Notes: generated by a model not told the origin, from the letters alone. A stretch of 64,000 bases of DNA from Candidatus Methylomirabilales bacterium (GCA_046758505.1 JBHIAH010000006.1:10517-74516); one strand, 5' to 3'; shown: positions 17,724 to 28,329, counted from the stretch's first letter. Numbers and translations: made by a program.

Positions 17724-18641
17724 TCACATCACGGCGGAGCGGAGCGTCTCAATCGCCGCCCGGTCGGGAAGCGACTCTTGGGCTCCTCGGCGAGTGGTGG
17801 CAAGCGCGCCGGCGGCGTTGGCAAAAGAAATGGCCTCCCCCAGTTCCTTCCCCTCGGCCCATGCGGCGGCCAACGCTCCGTTAAAAGCGTCACCGGCGGC
17901 CGTCGTGTCGACCGTGCGGACTGCCTGGCCCGGAAAGTGTCGTGCTCCGTGCTTCCCAACCCATAAGCACCCGTGTGCACCCAGGGTAACGATTACGCCC
18001 CCGCAGCCCATCTCCAGGAGTCGTGCACCCGCCTCCTCGGCCCCACCTTTGTCCCTCACCGGGATGCGGGTCAGGGTGGAGACCTCCGTCGCATTGGGGG
18101 TGAGGAGATCCACCAGGGGGAAAACGTCGTGCGGAAGAGGAGCGGCGGGGGCGGGATTCAGGATGGTTCGCATCCCCTTCTGTTTGCCCCGCCGGAGGGC
18201 ATAGAGGACCGTTTCGAGCGGGGTCTCGAGCTGCAGCAGGAGAACCGCTCCGGAAAGCAGGTGATCCAGGCCTTGGATTTCTTCCGGGCTGAGGCGGTAG
18301 TTGCACCCAGACGCCACCACAATCTGATTCCCCCCCGCCGGTTCGACCAGGATGAAGGCCACGCCGGTGCTGCATGTCGCATCCGAGATGAGTCCGGCGC
18401 CATCAATCCCAACCGATTCCAGATGTGTGCGGATCTGCTCCCCATGCCGATCCTTTCCCACCTTCCCTACAAAGGTCACCCCCGCCCCCGCCCGGCGGGC
18501 GGCCACCGCCTGATTCGCGCCTTTGCCGCCAAAAGAGACCAGGAGGTCCCGCCCCAAAATCGTCTCCCCCGACCGGGGCGCCCGGTCCACCCGGACGGTA
18601 AAGTCCACGTTGGCCGACCCGACCACTACGACCGCCGACAT
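17724..18641 (-). CDS. rbsK: Ribokinase
   Basis: VGSANVD, GGKGANQAVAA, LQLETP, LNPAPA, DTTAAGDAFNG. Confidence 0.92.
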   Translation of the reverse strand: MSAVVVVGSANVDFTVRVDRAPRSGETILGRDLLVSFGGKGANQAVAARRAGAGVTFVGKVGKDRHGEQIRTHLESVGIDGAGLISDATCSTGVAFILVEPAGGNQIVVASGCNYRLSPEEIQGLDHLLSGAVLLLQLETPLETVLYALRRGKQKGMRTILNPAPAAPLPHDVFPLVDLLTPNATEVSTLTRIPVRDKGGAEEAGARLLEMGCGGVIVTLGAHGCLWVGKHGARHFPGQAVRTVDTTAAGDAFNGALAAAWAEGKELGEAISFANAAGALATTRRGAQESLPDRAAIETLRSAVM

Positions 18642-19597
18642 ACCCGTTCCATAAACAGACTGAGGAACCGGTCCACATCCACTGCCATGGCCACCTCCAC
18701 GTTGGGTCGCCCCTCGGCCCGGAAGGGGCGGCGGTCGGCCACCGTCATCCCCGCCGTGATCTCGCCTCGGGTCTCCACCTGAACGTACAGGGACCGGCAT
18801 TGTACCAGATCCTGGTCCGTGACAACGCCCACGGTGAGGGGATCGTGCAGGATAACCCCGGCGAATCCTTCCCATTTCTCGGAAAAGGCAGTGAGGTGCG
18901 CGGTGCAGTCCAGCAGAAACTGGGCCGGAGGATCGGCCAGGGGTTCGACCCAGGTTCGCAGCGCATCCCTCGAGAGTCGGACACGCTCCGTCACGTCGAG
19001 AGGGATCAGGGTCAGCGGGAGCCCCGAGGTAAAAACGATCTGGGCCGCCTCGGGATCGGTGGCAATGTTGAACTCTGCCACCGCCGAGGTATTCCCCGGC
19101 ACGCAGACGGCTCCCCCCATGCTGACCACGCGGTGGACCTTCCCCATGGCGCTGCGATCCCGGAGGAGGGCCTGGGCAACGTTCGTAAGGGGTCCGAGCG
19201 TGATGAGGGTGATCTCACCCGGAGACCGACCTACGAGGTCGAGGATGAGGTCGGCCGCACCGACCGGTGCCAGCGCTTCCCGCGGTTGAGGATATCGGGG
19301 GAGACCGTCCGGATTCCGATAGCGGGAGAGTCCCCCGAGTCCGTCGGAACCGTGCACCTCGACGGCCGTCCGGAGCTCACGGGCGAGCGGATGGGCGGCC
19401 CCGCGCGCCACCACGGGGCGGGGTTCTGCATTCAGGACCTCCAGGAGCGTGAAGACGTTTCGGGTACAGTCCTCTACCGGGGCGTTGCCCGCCACGGTGG
19501 TGATCGCCTCGACTCTCAACTCTGGCGATTTTAGGGCCAGGAAGAGGGCTAAGGCGTCGTCAATCCCCGGATCGGTATCGATGAGAACTCGCTTCAT
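18626..19597 (-). CDS. Inosine-uridine-preferring nucleoside hydrolase
   Basis: IDTDPGIDDA, VHGSDGLG, LGPLTNVA, AEFNIATDPEAA, LHDPL. Confidence 0.92.
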   Translation of the reverse strand: MKRVLIDTDPGIDDALALFLALKSPELRVEAITTVAGNAPVEDCTRNVFTLLEVLNAEPRPVVARGAAHPLARELRTAVEVHGSDGLGGLSRYRNPDGLPRYPQPREALAPVGAADLILDLVGRSPGEITLITLGPLTNVAQALLRDRSAMGKVHRVVSMGGAVCVPGNTSAVAEFNIATDPEAAQIVFTSGLPLTLIPLDVTERVRLSRDALRTWVEPLADPPAQFLLDCTAHLTAFSEKWEGFAGVILHDPLTVGVVTDQDLVQCRSLYVQVETRGEITAGMTVADRRPFRAEGRPNVEVAMAVDVDRFLSLFMERVCRRS

Positions 19598-19702
19598 TTC
19601 AAAATTTCGACGTCCAATGTCCGCGATTCGACGACCGATGACCCACGACCGATGACCGCAAAAAACCACGAACCTGCTTGTTCTTCAGTCGTTGGTCAAC
19701 GG

Positions 19703-20158
19703 TCATCGGTCGGCCATCGAGCTCTGCCAGATCCGATCCTTTTCAATGATATGAACTGTGCGCCAGCCCCGACGCTCTAGGTCGGCGGCGATAAATCGCC
19801 GGTGGCATCGCCACGGCAGCCGCTCGCAGCACATGAAAGCAGCCCTCGCCTCCCGACCGATGGATTCGAGGATATCAAGGCCCCTTGCAAACTGCGGCGT
19901 CTGCATGTAGGCCGCGTATCCGCCGCGGCGATATCCCCCGAGTTCCTTACCGAGATATACATACCGAAGGCCTCGCGATGGGATATTTTCCTCAAGTACC
20001 TTCTTAGAAAAATGCGGGAACCGCTTGCTATGTGGGAACATTCGTACGTCAACCAACACAGCAATCTCATAACCTTGGAGCAGACCCAGGAACTCTGGTA
20101 GTGGCCGCGTGCTCGAACCGATCGTGTAGATCGTCCGAAGCCCTGCCCCGCGTTCCAC
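19703..20158 (-). CDS. DUF488-family protein
   Basis: IYTIGSSTR, LVDVR.FP.S, LGGYR, MCCE..PWRCHR. Confidence 0.8.
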   Translation of the reverse strand: MERGAGLRTIYTIGSSTRPLPEFLGLLQGYEIAVLVDVRMFPHSKRFPHFSKKVLEENIPSRGLRYVYLGKELGGYRRGGYAAYMQTPQFARGLDILESIGREARAAFMCCERLPWRCHRRFIAADLERRGWRTVHIIEKDRIWQSSMADR

Positions 20159-20566
20159 GGCTCCGCTCCCCCCGCCCGTATCCTGCTCGACCCCAGACTC
20201 CGCACCTCCGTACGGCCATCTTAGCGAAGCCCCGCTGACGCTGCCAACCCCTTTTTCGGTGCATGGCCGTTGTACATCCCCCGTTCACGAAGCCTCACCA
20301 CAGTCCGACCATTCCATCAGCAGCACGATCAGGACGAAGAGACGCGTGCGGGGGGTTGACGGTCACTCCCCGCCTGAACACCGGATTGCCTGTCGGAATG
20401 TGAGGGTTTCCGGAGAGGGAAGATCAGGACTGCTATGCCAGATGCCCAGTGGGGCGAGCGGCGAAGGCCTCGATCGCCTATCCGTCAAGAGATGACGGCC
20501 AGGAGCGCGAGGGCGAGTAGCGTGCCATCAAGCTCCTCGTGCGGTAGGCTAGGCTTCTGATGCCCT

Positions 20567-21631
20567 TCATATTCCCGTTGCACGCGGTCTCCGGCCCTTC
20601 CGGCCTATTCCGATTCCACATCCGATGATCGACGCTTGAATCGTAATGAATAACATCAAGGTGAGATAGGGATGCGCGTACCCGAACGGGAGAAAATCCG
20701 CAATCACCAACCACTCAAAAATATCTTCCAGGGAATTCACGTACGTCACCACCCTGTCCAATGCATCCCGTACCGAGACAGCGTAGTGCGACACATGCAG
20801 AACAGACTGAATTCCAGCATCCGAAACATCGAAGACCATCGTATGGTAGAAGCCCGCCTTCCCATACAGTCGCGATCCCCCGCCCCCGCTCACCACATAT
20901 TTGACGCCGTCCACTTCCATCGAGAGAAAGCTGTGGTAATTGCCGAAAAAAGCGTAGCTGATGCCCCACTTTTTCGCTAACTGATGGATCGGATGGCTCC
21001 GCTCCACTAAAAACTGATCGTTTTTAATGTCGAAAATAGGGATGTGCATCGCCAGAAAAATGTATCGTCTTCCGCCCGCCTCTCTCTGCAACACTTCATC
21101 GAGCCAACGGACGAGGTCCCCGATCGACTGGGTCACGTCATCGGCGATGATGAAAAGGTCGTTTCGATATATGAAATGAATCTGGCGTGGCCCGAGGACC
21201 CGATCGAACCACTGGCCCTCCTTACTCCCCTTCATATCCAGGTCATGATTCCCGGGTACCACGAACACCGGAACGTGCCGGATCTCCTGAAATTCCGGCA
21301 CCACGTATCGATACTCCCACTCCCCAGGGTCCTCCACAAAATCCCCCAAGTGCAAAACAAAGGCGGGCTTCGTATCCTGCCCTTTCTCGAAAAGCCATTC
21401 GGCAATTTCTTGATTGCCCTTCGTATCCCCGATTACCGCAAACGTATATGGATCATGGGCCTCCGGATCAGGCAGAATAGCGATGTTCTCCGGTCGGTTT
21501 CCCAGGAGGGGAAGGCGTTCAGCTGGCGCCGCGGTCAGTCCGATCCATGCGCCCCACAGAATCGTCACCTCTAATCCTACCACCGCAATGACGAAGAAGA
21601 ATCCGGCAACACGTATCATCCCTCTCTCCAT
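20567..21631 (-). CDS. Membrane-anchored calcineurin-like metallophosphoesterase
   Basis: IGDT, HLGDFV, PGNHD, MHIP; the usual GH.H motif reads GNYH. Confidence 0.8.
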   Translation of the reverse strand: MERGMIRVAGFFFVIAVVGLEVTILWGAWIGLTAAPAERLPLLGNRPENIAILPDPEAHDPYTFAVIGDTKGNQEIAEWLFEKGQDTKPAFVLHLGDFVEDPGEWEYRYVVPEFQEIRHVPVFVVPGNHDLDMKGSKEGQWFDRVLGPRQIHFIYRNDLFIIADDVTQSIGDLVRWLDEVLQREAGGRRYIFLAMHIPIFDIKNDQFLVERSHPIHQLAKKWGISYAFFGNYHSFLSMEVDGVKYVVSGGGGSRLYGKAGFYHTMVFDVSDAGIQSVLHVSHYAVSVRDALDRVVTYVNSLEDIFEWLVIADFLPFGYAHPYLTLMLFITIQASIIGCGIGIGRKGRRPRATGI

Positions 21632-21695
21632 CTCGTGGAGCCTTCATCACCGTTGCGGGCAGACAGACGTACGGCTCGAGAACAAAACGAGAGAA

Positions 21696-22646
21696 CTATG
21701 GAGAACTCCGTGCGTCGTGGAAGGGTTGAGGTCGGTAGCGGAAGGCAATGTAGAGCAGGAAGAGCCCCATCGCGACCCAGGCGAAAAGGGCCGGACCAGT
21801 CCCCTCGCGCCCGAATAGCCACTGCCGTAGCCCTCCGTCGGTCAGGAACAGGTTATCGGTCTTGTCGATGAAAACCCACGCGGCATGAAGACCGATGGGA
21901 AAATAGAGGTTCCCGGTCCAGATAAATGCATAGGTGAGGACGACGCTCATCAAGAAGAGGCCAAAGAAGGCTGGAAAGAAACCCGGGCGCGGGTGCATAA
22001 GCACCCAGATGTGCTCCTGGAGGCCTCGGATGCCAACCCCCCAATCGATCGCGCCCATCTTCACGGGGACCTTCGCATCAACCAGGAGGTGAAACGACCC
22101 GTACAAGAGACTTGTCAACAACAAGGAACCCGTCACTGTAACCCACCGCGCGAGCACTTGAAAGAAGATGCCCCGGAAGATGATCTCCTCCACGACGCCG
22201 GCCGCCACCCCCGACATCATGAACTCCACCGGCTCTTTGATCCACTTCCACCACGGGGTCCGGATATGGATGGACCGCACGCCGAGCACGAGTGCAATCC
22301 CCACAACCAGCAGATAGGCAACGAGCCCCCAGAGAAACCCCTGCGAGACGAGGGTCTTCCACCGGGTGCGACCGGGAAACCCCAGGGTGGAGGGAGACGT
22401 AAATCCCATGCGGCGCATGCTGATGAGAAGGAAAACCATGATGACAATTTGATTCACCGTACGCCACACCCGAGCGTAGTCGTACCCGCCCGGATATTTG
22501 TTGGCATCGAGAACTTCGAACATCCCCGGAACGATGGGAATTAGGAACTCGACAATCGGCATTGCCAGGGGGGCAAGCACGATTGTGCCGATCACGATAC
22601 CGGCCACAACCAGCAGACAATTCATAATCGATCGACCTGCTTTCAT
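21696..22646 (-). CDS. CPBP (Abi/CAAX) intramembrane glutamic protease
   Basis: EEIIFRG, YGSFH, IGLHAAW; many TM helices. Confidence 0.85.
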   Translation of the reverse strand: MKAGRSIMNCLLVVAGIVIGTIVLAPLAMPIVEFLIPIVPGMFEVLDANKYPGGYDYARVWRTVNQIVIMVFLLISMRRMGFTSPSTLGFPGRTRWKTLVSQGFLWGLVAYLLVVGIALVLGVRSIHIRTPWWKWIKEPVEFMMSGVAAGVVEEIIFRGIFFQVLARWVTVTGSLLLTSLLYGSFHLLVDAKVPVKMGAIDWGVGIRGLQEHIWVLMHPRPGFFPAFFGLFLMSVVLTYAFIWTGNLYFPIGLHAAWVFIDKTDNLFLTDGGLRQWLFGREGTGPALFAWVAMGLFLLYIAFRYRPQPFHDARSSP

Positions 22647-22804
22647 CCGATCCTCCACGAGGGTTCGACCGCCGCTCCAGCGCCTAAAGACATTACAAAT
22701 TGAACCCTGCGAATTCAATTGTCAAGGAAAAACTCCCTCCCTCGCCCGGGGCGTTGAACCCAAAGCCCCGCGCAACCAAAGGAACAGCCAATGAGCGGCC
22801 GGGA

Positions 22805-23578
22805 TCATTCTCCTGTCCTGGGAGCGAGGCTGTCGAGGAAGCTCTTGAGCTTCGCAAAGTACGCCTCTCCGCCGGCAAGGTAGGTGTCGTTGTGCGTTGC
22901 TCCGTCGATGAGGTAGAACTCCTTTGGGGGACGCGCCGCTTCATACAGGCGTCTGCCCATCCACAGCGGGATAATCTCGTCGTGCTCTCCGTGAATGATC
23001 AGCGTGGGGGCAGTCACCTGTGCGATCAATGCGAGGGAATCGTATTTGATCATGTCCGGCGGGAGGGAGGGGAGAAAAGGAAAGTAGAGACGCATCACGT
23101 CGTCCGTCGAGGTAAAGGCCGATTCCAGAATGACCCCGAGACACGTGTGCTTTGCCGCCACGGCGACTGCCAGGGCGGTCCCCAGCGATCGGCCAAAGAG
23201 AACGATCCGGCTCCGGTCGAGCGCTGACCCCGAGCAAAGATATTCAAAGGCCGCGAAGGCATCCACGAAGGTGCCGGCCTTCGAAATCTCTCCCTCGCTC
23301 CTGCCGTACTCCCGATAATCGAAGATGAAGATATTGACGCCGAGTCGTCTATGCAAGAGGACGAGGTTGTCAAGTCGGTGGCTGATGTTCCCGGCATTAC
23401 CGTGAAACCAAAGGAGGGTGACGGGACTTTTGTGATCGGGAACGTACCAGCCGTGAAGTCGCAGCCCATCCTCAGTCGGAAAGAACACCTCTTCATACGC
23501 CAGCCCGAAGTCTGCCGGCGTTCCGATCATGTACGGATCGGGAAAAAAGACGGTACCCTTCTCGGGGAACATCGGCAT
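22805..23578 (-). CDS. Alpha/beta hydrolase
   Basis: FHGNAGN, DYREYGRSEG, GRSLG, HGEHDEII, ATHND. Confidence 0.9.
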   Translation of the reverse strand: MPMFPEKGTVFFPDPYMIGTPADFGLAYEEVFFPTEDGLRLHGWYVPDHKSPVTLLWFHGNAGNISHRLDNLVLLHRRLGVNIFIFDYREYGRSEGEISKAGTFVDAFAAFEYLCSGSALDRSRIVLFGRSLGTALAVAVAAKHTCLGVILESAFTSTDDVMRLYFPFLPSLPPDMIKYDSLALIAQVTAPTLIIHGEHDEIIPLWMGRRLYEAARPPKEFYLIDGATHNDTYLAGGEAYFAKLKSFLDSLAPRTGE

Positions 23579-23581
23579 CGG

Positions 23582-24424
23582 CTATCTGGATTCCCGCCCG
23601 CTGACCCCGGGGAGGAGATGGGTGCTCTCTTTTGCCTGGGCCGGAGAGGGCCGGTAGTAGGTCAAGGCGTTCGGGACCAGGCGCTGGAGGTCCTGGATGC
23701 GACGGCCAGGGCTCGGGTGGGTCGAGAGGAACTCGGGCGGCTGACGTCGGTCCCCCCGCGCCATCCGCTCCCAGAGGTGAACGGCCTCCCTGGGATCGTA
23801 GCCGGCCTGCGCCATCAGGAGGAGCCCGATCCGATCCGCCTCGGACTCCTGAATACGGCTGTAGGGGAGGAGAACACCCACATTCGCCCCCAGGCCATAG
23901 GCGGTCATGACACTGCGCACAACGGCGGGGTCCTTTCCGGCCATCCCCGCCTCAATCGCCACCGCCCCCATCTTCGCCAAGAGCCCTTGGCTGAGTCGCT
24001 CCCCTCCGTGTCGCGCCAGCACATGGGCCACCTCGTGCGACATCACCGCCGCAAGCCCCCCTTCGGTCCTGGCGACGGGAAAGATGCCGGTATAGACCGC
24101 GACCTTCCCCCCGGGGAGGGCGAACGCATTCACCATTTTCGGATTGTCAATCACCGCAAATTCCCATTGAAAGTCGGGCCGCTTGGCCACGCGTGCGATC
24201 CGCCACCCGATCCGATTCACCACCGCCCGAAGCGCGGGGTCGTGACTGATCTTCTCCTTTGCGAGGACCTCTTTAAACGACCGGACGCCGAGCCGGCTCT
24301 CCTGTCCCGGCGAGATGAGGATCAGCTGGGAGCGCTGGGTGTACGGCGCGGTCACGCAGGCCGCCAAGAGAAAGAGCGGCCCAAGTACGATTCCTGCGAT
24401 TCTCCGTTGACAGAGCTGCCGCAT
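23582..24424 (-). CDS. M48 family metallopeptidase lipoprotein
   Basis: Lipobox LAAC; NAFALPGG; HEVAH; ESEAD; FLSTHP. Confidence 0.9.
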   Translation of the reverse strand: MRQLCQRRIAGIVLGPLFLLAACVTAPYTQRSQLILISPGQESRLGVRSFKEVLAKEKISHDPALRAVVNRIGWRIARVAKRPDFQWEFAVIDNPKMVNAFALPGGKVAVYTGIFPVARTEGGLAAVMSHEVAHVLARHGGERLSQGLLAKMGAVAIEAGMAGKDPAVVRSVMTAYGLGANVGVLLPYSRIQESEADRIGLLLMAQAGYDPREAVHLWERMARGDRRQPPEFLSTHPSPGRRIQDLQRLVPNALTYYRPSPAQAKESTHLLPGVSGRESR

Positions 24425-24501
24425 CCTCGGTCCTCCTGCACAATGGATCGGAGCATCATACCATCGGCATGCCACGGAAGCAAGGATCGCCGGCCGAAGC
24501 G

Positions 24502-24774
24502 TCATGACCTTCGAAACCAGTTTCGGACGAGTTGCTTGAGGTAGAGATAGCCGTCCCGTCCCACCAGGAGTGTCCCGACAAAGAAAAGTCCCCAGCTGAC
24601 AAGCCATCCGACTCCCAACATGCTCACCATCGTCTTTTCTGAAACCGGCAAAAACGGGATCACCAGATAGAACCCGAGGACGGCAAAACTCGATGCCATG
24701 AGTCCTACGCCGATCCAAAACCCCTTCCCCTTTGGACGTGCAGGGTCGGGCTTCGTGTGCTGCACCGGGTCCAT
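24502..24774 (-). CDS. Small two-TM membrane protein
   Basis: Two hydrophobic segments; in operon orientation. Confidence 0.6.
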   Translation of the reverse strand: MDPVQHTKPDPARPKGKGFWIGVGLMASSFAVLGFYLVIPFLPVSEKTMVSMLGVGWLVSWGLFFVGTLLVGRDGYLYLKQLVRNWFRRS

Positions 24775-24800
24775 GCGCGACAGCTCTCCCGCCTTTCCTC

Positions 24801-25331
24801 TCACTCCCCCCATTCCGTGGCCAACGCTCGCACCGCTGCCTCTGGCGTCCTCACCTCGTGCACGCCGGCCGTCTGGCCGCCGCGCTCTCGCTGCGCCACC
24901 GCCAGTGCCGGGCGCCAGTAGCGGCCGAGAAGCACCACCGGTGCAGGCTCCATGAGCCGCTTGTGCAGGTACTCCAGAACCAGCGCGAGCTCGAGCAGCG
25001 TGCCGGAACCTCCCGGCAGAACAACGTAGCCGTCACCGAGGTGCAACAACCGGCCGAGCCGCGCACAGAGGTCTTTCGCCTCCTCGTGGTGGGTGATATG
25101 AGGATTCGGCGGGCCACCATACACGGCACAGGTGATGCCAATGCTCTCCCCGCCCGCCCGCCGCGCACCCTCGGCCGCGGCGGCCATCGTCCCCCCGTAG
25201 CCCCCATTGCAGACCACCCACCCCCGTCGTGCAATGGCCAGGCCGAGGCGCTCCGCCCGCCCATAGGCCGGGGTGCCGGGATCCGGACGGGAACTGCCAA
25301 AGACGGTGACGACGCGTCGCCCCTGCCACAT
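24801..25331 (-). CDS. LOG-family nucleotide phosphoribohydrolase
   Basis: VFGSS, NGGYGGTM, PGGSGTLLE. Confidence 0.85.
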   Translation of the reverse strand: MWQGRRVVTVFGSSRPDPGTPAYGRAERLGLAIARRGWVVCNGGYGGTMAAAAEGARRAGGESIGITCAVYGGPPNPHITHHEEAKDLCARLGRLLHLGDGYVVLPGGSGTLLELALVLEYLHKRLMEPAPVVLLGRYWRPALAVAQRERGGQTAGVHEVRTPEAAVRALATEWGE

Positions 25332-25365
25332 GGTTGTTCTCCTGTTCCGATTCCTTGCCCGTCTG

Positions 25366-25770
25366 TCACTCGGCGGGCTGGACGAGCAGGGTGAGCCCCC
25401 GGACCGCCCGCACCCGCACCCGCCCCCCCGGGGGAATCGGCTCGTCTGTCCGCATCGCCTCGGCCCGCCACAGTTCTCCGCCCACCCGGATGTACCCTGA
25501 CGGCGCCAGCGGCTCTTGCGCGACGCCTTCGGCCCCGATGAGCTGCTCCGCCCCCGCCCTCCCATTGGCCTCATAGGCGTGGCGGACAAAGGGGTAGAGA
25601 ACGAGGTCCTTGACCACCCAGAGGAGCAAAAGCCCCACGGCCGCCCACAGCGGAAGGTCGATCCATCGCCGCAGGAGCGCGAGGCCCGCCGCCGCTAGAA
25701 TCCAGCCGGGGATCTGGATCACAAGATATTTCGCCAGGGGCCGCCGCCACCATTCAGCTCTGTTCGCCAT
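25366..25770 (-). CDS. NfeD-like membrane protein
   Basis: TM pair followed by LIGAEG, G.IRVGGELWRA, VRGLTLLV. Confidence 0.8.
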   Translation of the reverse strand: MANRAEWWRRPLAKYLVIQIPGWILAAAGLALLRRWIDLPLWAAVGLLLLWVVKDLVLYPFVRHAYEANGRAGAEQLIGAEGVAQEPLAPSGYIRVGGELWRAEAMRTDEPIPPGGRVRVRAVRGLTLLVQPAE

Positions 25771-25812
25771 TCTCCCCTGCCCATCATCAGCTCTGCGGTC
25801 AGCGGTCATCGG

Positions 25813-26745
25813 TCACTGCCGGTCATCGTCCCAGTCACTGTTCGTCGGTCCCTGACGCGACCTAGGAGATTCCCCGCATGGTATGCCCTTTGCAAAGCGC
25901 CAGGCCTCGTTCATCACAGCCTCTGCATCGTTGCCACCCCATATCTCGAGAATACACGCGCCGCCGTAATCCAGGCTTCCGAGTTTATCAAAAAACCGCG
26001 ACCAGTCGATCCGTCCCCTCCCAGGGACCCAGTGCAGATCTTCAACACCGTCGTTCTCGTGCAGGTGGAAGGAACAGAGCTCCGAGGCGCACTGATCGAT
26101 CTCTCGAAGGGGATCGAGGCCGCTGGCCAGGCAATGGCCGGTATCGAGGCATATGCCGACATTATCCTCCCCCAGGCGGCGAGTTAGCCTCACGAGCTCC
26201 CGAAGGTCGGCAAAGGCAGGCGCCGTCTTCCTGAGGAGGTTTTCCAGGGCGATCCTGATTCCTTTCCGTCCGGCCAATCGCGCGACCCTTCGCAAGGATT
26301 CCTGACGGCACCCCGTCACGCCCGGCTCATCCTGGGATGGACCAGACGAAAACCATAGAAGCACCGGGTGCACCACCACGAAACGCACCTGCAACCGCTC
26401 AGCAGCCTCGAGCACCGGCACCATCAGCCTTTCCCATGCCACCCAGGCAGTATCGTTCGATAATTCCCGTCCCCTGAACTCATATGGGGCATGCAGGGAG
26501 ACAGCTCGAAGACCCTCCCGCGTGAGAGCCTCCTGGACCCGGGCCACCTCATCCCCGAGGCGCGGGTCGAGATGGGCATAGTTACACCACAGCTCCACAT
26601 TCCGGAACCCATGTCGCGCAATTCGTTGCAGCGCATCAACGGTCCCATCCGTCTCGCACGTCCAACTGGCAATCCCCACTTCAAACACGCGGTCGCTCTC
26701 CCGCTCCACTCTGCGCGTGCCCTGCGACGCGCGGGGATCGGACAC
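25813..26745 (-). CDS. Sugar phosphate isomerase/epimerase (TIM barrel)
   Basis: SLHAP, ALEN, CLDTGH, HLHENDG..DLH..PG.G.IDW, ILE. Confidence 0.85.
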   Translation of the reverse strand: MSDPRASQGTRRVERESDRVFEVGIASWTCETDGTVDALQRIARHGFRNVELWCNYAHLDPRLGDEVARVQEALTREGLRAVSLHAPYEFRGRELSNDTAWVAWERLMVPVLEAAERLQVRFVVVHPVLLWFSSGPSQDEPGVTGCRQESLRRVARLAGRKGIRIALENLLRKTAPAFADLRELVRLTRRLGEDNVGICLDTGHCLASGLDPLREIDQCASELCSFHLHENDGVEDLHWVPGRGRIDWSRFFDKLGSLDYGGACILEIWGGNDAEAVMNEAWRFAKGIPCGESPRSRQGPTNSDWDDDRQ

Positions 26746-26804
26746 GACGACAGGCGTCTCTCTCCGGGCCCGTCAGCGCATCTCCACCACTTCAACGTCC
26801 CGGC

Positions 26805-26960
26805 CTACCCTTCGTAGGCGTACGTGCCCCTCCGTAAGGGACCGGGATTTACCACTCTCGCTCGTCCGATGAAGTCCATGCCTCGTCCTTCGGGGATATG
26901 TCCCGTAAAACAGAGGAGCGGCTGCATCCGTGTAATGAACGCCCGGGTGGACGACTCCTG
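26805..26960 (-). pseudogene. Metallophosphoesterase C-terminal fragment
   Basis: SSTRAFITRMQPLLCFTGHIPEGRGMDFIGRARVVNPGP resembles the Icc-type GHIHE...VVNPG tail; no N-terminus. Confidence 0.55.
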
Positions 26961-27009
26961 CCTCCCCCTCGGCTGCCCCTGGGAGGAAAGATTCACACCT
27001 AGTTGCCTG

Positions 27010-27711
27010 CTATGCTGCGGCCTTGCGCTCGCGGTGGAAAGCCTCGAGCTCGCGATTGGCGGTGATGATGGTCTCGAGTTTCTCCAGGAGAGCAGCCACC
27101 TTCGCGCCTGGCAACGCAACGTACAGCTCCTCGTCGGCCAACCCCGTGTAGATCCGGTTGCCGATACACCCAAAGCTCAGACCGGCCCGGCCTGCCTCGG
27201 CCGCTTCGGGGACAATGGCACAGGTCGGCCGAAGCCTCAGCGTCATGTCCTGCCTGATCCCGGCCGCGTACACCGCCTCCGCCACCAGCATCATCTGTTT
27301 CGGGTTCCCCCATACGAGGACGACGTCCGGATCGACCGGGGTTGCCGTCAGCGGCGCATAGATGGCGACACCAAACGGCGTGCGGCGCCGCGGGATCGTC
27401 GGCACCTCCTCCATGTGCATGTATTCGATCCGGGCCATCATCCCGATAAGACGCTCGAGCTCCCGGGCCGGCTCGGCCGCCAGTTCGATACCGTGCGTGT
27501 GGGCGCCAATGGGACAATCGTAATGGTCCGACCCTTCCGTGCAGAACACCTGTCCTTCCGCTGCAAGCCTCCAGTACCCGCATCCCGCCGGCGCATGATG
27601 GCTAATCCGTTGGACGTTCGGCGGGGGCGTCGCCCTGAACGCGAGCGCCACCGGCACACATTGCAGGCCAAGCAGGTTCTGTAACTGCGTCCCCTGCGTC
27701 TTGTAATCCAT
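27010..27711 (-). CDS. DUF169-family protein
   Basis: PVAL.F, CG, CPIG, DPDVVL, PTC, SFGCIGNR.YTGL.D.EL. Confidence 0.8.
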   Translation of the reverse strand: MDYKTQGTQLQNLLGLQCVPVALAFRATPPPNVQRISHHAPAGCGYWRLAAEGQVFCTEGSDHYDCPIGAHTHGIELAAEPARELERLIGMMARIEYMHMEEVPTIPRRRTPFGVAIYAPLTATPVDPDVVLVWGNPKQMMLVAEAVYAAGIRQDMTLRLRPTCAIVPEAAEAGRAGLSFGCIGNRIYTGLADEELYVALPGAKVAALLEKLETIITANRELEAFHRERKAAA

Positions 27712-27959
27712 GGGAACCTCCCCTCTCTCACATTCCACCACCAGGAAACCACCTGGGGTTCGGTATTCTCTCCCAAGAAATCGGAAACATCCTGTGACAG
27801 GGTCCCCGCGACGAGGTCCATCGAAGGAGACCGCGCCCCAGAGCTGGGGCCAGGCCTTGAAACGTGCGTCGTATCATGCAACCCAGACTCGCTCAGGCAT
27901 ACTGGTCCGCCAAAGGCCATCCGTACTGGCTCCGCACGCTCGGCACCCCAAACCACCTC

Positions 27960-28262
27960 TCAGGTGTCGCCTTCCTCACCGCCACAATCTCCCCTTCCCT
28001 CAGACCGTTCTCGTACGTGAAGCTCTCGCATCGCACCAACACTCGAAAGCGCGGAGACGATATATGGCACAAATACCGTCAGGACCATCTTGAGGAACCG
28101 GGCACCATTGAGATCACCCCTGACGATTGCGTCCCCGTGGTTAATCGCGATGAGCACTGCTCCAACAACTACTGCGTACTTCAGCGCCCGTCGAACTACA
28201 GGCCAGGTGCATGCCAAGCGAACCCAATCACGGATCACTGGTAAGCTCCCCTGCACTCTCAA
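27960..28262 (-). CDS. Small membrane protein, NrtS-like
   Basis: RRAL..A.VVG..L.AINHGD...T..VPY.VS pattern; function not inferable. Confidence 0.6.
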   Translation of the reverse strand: MRVQGSLPVIRDWVRLACTWPVVRRALKYAVVVGAVLIAINHGDAIVRGDLNGARFLKMVLTVFVPYIVSALSSVGAMRELHVRERSEGRGDCGGEEGDT

Positions 28263-28329
28263 GAGCGCTTAAAGTGGACGAGTTGGCGGTACACGACCTG
28301 CAGCTGAAAGCGGATTCCCACGCCTCCCC

